Assembly: GCA_030390025.1 (NCBI GenBank)
Contig: CM059449.1
Coordinates: forward strand, 13,950,001-14,014,000
Direction of reading: 5' to 3'
Origin: Squalus acanthias
Lineage: Eukaryota
DNA: 64,000 nucleotides
Shown: piece after piece, positions 60,890 through 64,000 of the stretch
How positions within the stretch are numbered: position 1 is the first letter of the stretch
Layout: each line of letters begins with the position of its first letter
Made by a program: the position numbers and the translations under genes
The notes under the pieces: model-generated
The model's input: only the letters and a program-made list of their open reading frames with translations
What the model was told of the DNA's origin: nothing
Databases searched by the model: none

Positions 60890-63800
60890 CTATAAAGTAA
60901 AGGCAGTTTTTTTTGGAACCCGACCGTATTGCATTCCAAGTCTATCAAACGATAACCTACAAATTTATATTCGTCCCAATATTAGTACCGATAAAGTAAA
61001 AGGTGCGAAATTATTTGGTTTTCGAGAGTGGCGCCTATATAAAAATAGTTCCCTTTTAATTGTGTTCACCGGCGAATTTAGTTTGTTGCAATGCTGCAAG
61101 TGTTTGACTCTTATTATCGCGTACTATTACGCTTCTTATTTAGCTGCGAGTGTTTTAGCAGATTACCCCGTCTGTGGTACCCGTAGTTCGGTCGCCTCCG
61201 ACGTGACTCAAGGCGCAGTCACAGAGCCTGTGAAATTTGCGGCCCATTGTGGCAATTAATTAATAAGATCGGGCTAGTCATCCATTTATATGGCCATTTA
61301 TGGCGTATTTGTACTGCAGCTATGAAATGAGAGGTGGTACCTATCAGGAAAGGATGAACAGGCTGAATCACTTTTCTCTTGAAAAACAGAAGGCTGAGGG
61401 GTGAACTAATTGAGGTCTTTAACATTACCACATGTTTTGATAGAGTAGACACACAGAGTGTTTCCACTTGTGGGGCAGAGTAAAACTAGAGGCCATCAAT
61501 ATAAGATAGTCACCAATAAATTCAATAGGGAATTCAGAAGGGACACCTTTACCCAGAGAGTGGTGAGAATGTGGAACTCGCTACCACAGGGAGTGGTTGA
61601 AGCGAATCGTCTCTGGGGTTCAGTTATATAGATCATTAAAATGTCATGAACAGGTGCAGCAAATAATCATAACTGCTAATGGTATACTGACCTTTATATC
61701 TAGAGGACTAGAATACAAGGGGTGGAAGTTATGCTGCAGCTGTACAAAACCCTGGTTAGACCACACCTGGAGTATTGTGAGCAGTTCTGGGAACCACACC
61801 TTAGGACGGATATATTGGCCTTGGAGGGAGTGCAGCGTAGGTTTACCAGAATGATACCCGGACTTCAAGGGTTAAGTTAAGAGGTGAGATTACACAAACT
61901 AGGGTTGTATTCCCTAGAATTTAGAATATTAAGGGGTGAGCTAATCGAAATTTTCACGATATTAATGGGAACAGATAGGGTAGATTGAGAGAAACTATTT
62001 CCACTGGTTGGGGAGTCTCGGACTAGGGGACATAGTCTAAAAGTTAGAGCCAAACCTTTCAGGAGTGAAATTCGGAAACACTCTAACACACAAAGGGTGG
62101 TAGAAGTTTGGAACTCTCTTCCGCAAACGGCAATTGATGCTGGGTCAATTGTTAATTTTAAATCGGAGATTGATAGCTTTCTGTTAAGCAAAGGTATTAA
62201 GGGATATGGGCCAAAGGCGGGTATATGGAGTTAGGTCGCATATCAGCCACGATCTCATTGAATGGTGGAACAGGCTCGAGGGGCTGAATGGCCTCCTCCT
62301 GTTCCGATGTCTAGATGCAATTAAAGAGAGGCTAGATAAGTGTATGAGGGAGAGGGGAATGGAGGGCTATGTTGATAGAGTTAGATGAGGAAAAATGGGA
62401 GGAGGCTGGAATCGCGCATGGACTGGTTGGGCCGAATGGCCTGTTTCTGTGCTGTATATTCTATGTAATTCAATGTAAGCTACACGGTCTGAGGCACCTA
62501 GCTGGAATCAGAGCCCCAGTCAGGAAGAACCCTGTTTACATTGCACAAGCCGGCAGTTCATCCAATAACCGGTGAGGCTGCTTTCGGGGCCTGCTCGACT
62601 CAACCTGCTGCCGCTGCATGACGTACAATGTAAGCTCAGCTACGTTCACTTGCGTCACAAGCAGTTCTATGATTGTGATTTCAGGAGAAACACACATCTT
62701 CTCCCTTGTGTTATAGCACCTACGGTGAGGGGAGCCGGCGCCACAGTATTAAAACACCGCAGGCTGATACATGAACAGTATCCCAACTGTGTCCGCCGCT
62801 GCACAGGAAGGGATTGTGTGTTTGGACTAATTGTTTAAGATTGAGAAACATAAGAACATAAGATCATAAGAAATAGGAGCAGGAATAGGCCACTTGGCCC
62901 CTCGAGCCTGCTCCGCCATTCAATAAGATCATGGCTGATCTTGAGCTCAAAGCCACTTCCCTGCCCGCTCCCCATAAACCTTCACTCCCTTATCTTGCAA
63001 AAATATGTCTATCTCCACCTTAAATGTATTTAATGACCCAGCCTCCACCGCTCTCTGGGGCAGAGAATTCCACAGATTTACGACCCTCTGAGAGAAGAAA
63101 TTCCTCCTCATCTCAGTTCCAAAGGGGCGACCCTTTATTCTTTAAGGCTTTAGGAAGAGCTGTTCAAAAATATGGAATAAATGGGAAGTGTTCAAAAATA
63201 TGGAATGGGGAATGAAGGAATTGAAATGAATGAATGGTTTCCATTTCCAAATTCTGTGCACTTAACAAGAATCTGGATCAGCTCTTCCATCACTGCTAGC
63301 AGCGGGGTACGGTAGTGTGGTGGTTATGTTGCTGGACTAGTAATCCAACGGTCTGGAATAACAATTTCAGACAATGTGAGTTCAAATTCCACTATGGCAA
63401 AGTGAGACTTTGTATCCATTTTTTAAAAAACATCGGAAAATATAAAAGGTAGTATCGGTGAAAGTGACTATGAACCCAATTTTTTCACCAATGTCCTTCA
63501 GGGAAGGCGTCCTTACCTGGTTCAAATCCCACCATGGAGAATTTGAATTCAGTTTTTTGTTCAATCTGAAAATAAAAATGTATCAGTAAAAGTGACAATG
63601 AAGCTGTTGTCATGAAAAAAAAAAGCAACTGGTTCACGAATGTCCTTTAGGAAATGAGTCCTTACCTGGCCTGGTGGATATATGACTCCAACGTGATTGA
63701 CACTTAACTGCGCTCTGAAGTACCCTAACAAGCCACTCAGTTGTATCAAGCGACTACATTGCAGCAGTTCAATGAGGAGGTCTACCACCACCTTCTCAAG

Positions 63801-64000
63801 GCAACCAGGGATGGGCACTAAAGGCGACGCCTGCATCCCGAGAATGATTTTTTGAGTTGCAGGTAGCTGAACTTGGTGGACAATTGTATTTAGTTAGATT
63901 TGAGCTCTTTCGGTTAGCTACTTTCCGGCTGATAGTGGGTTCAATGAGCGGTGCAATTAAGAGTATTATAAATAACTAACATCCCCAGCAGAGCACAGCC

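Larger units (their letters stand above)
55944..64000 (+). repeat. Segmental duplication, block B (runs off window end)
   Basis: Begins inside a CR1 at ttcactagagtttagaag; the last bases match block A position 11068. Confidence 0.93.

Noticed and set aside
1-64000. Most remaining 60-230 aa ORFs in the track
   Set aside because: Most are sense or antisense translations of CR1/L2/Penelope/SINE fragments or microsatellites; the rest show no recognisable domain or splice support.

Overview
Eukaryotic genomic DNA dense in retroelements. The repeat spectrum (CR1 LINEs with (TTCTTATG)n tails, HE1/V-SINE, Deu-domain SINE, Penelope GIY-YIG fragments) suggests a cartilaginous fish (inference). The one intact protein-coding gene I can assemble is a 7-exon, + strand NKp30/NCR3-family receptor (22836-31787; 717 nt, 238 aa). 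It comprises a leader, a single germline-joined VJ-type Ig domain, a TM exon, three cytoplasmic micro-exons (19, 29, 29 nt) and a last exon ending in an ITIM (VEYATI), preceded by an apparently Tyr->Cys-broken ITIM (LHCAKV). It therefore looks like an inhibitory version of a receptor that is activating in mammals. Two frameshifted, SINE-truncated NCR3-like V relics lie on the - strand inside a direct segmental duplication (~1433-11068 vs ~55944-64000+). Nine tRNA-Arg(CCT) copies (2 intact, 1 near-intact, 6 degenerate) occur as two convergent pairs and in a ~3.46-kb tandem array (~37.4-55.0 kb). Also present: a CR1 whose ORF2 is broken by a single stop codon, and a 744-bp hairpin-rich MITE-like insertion. 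All of this was read by eye; repeat boundaries are approximate.
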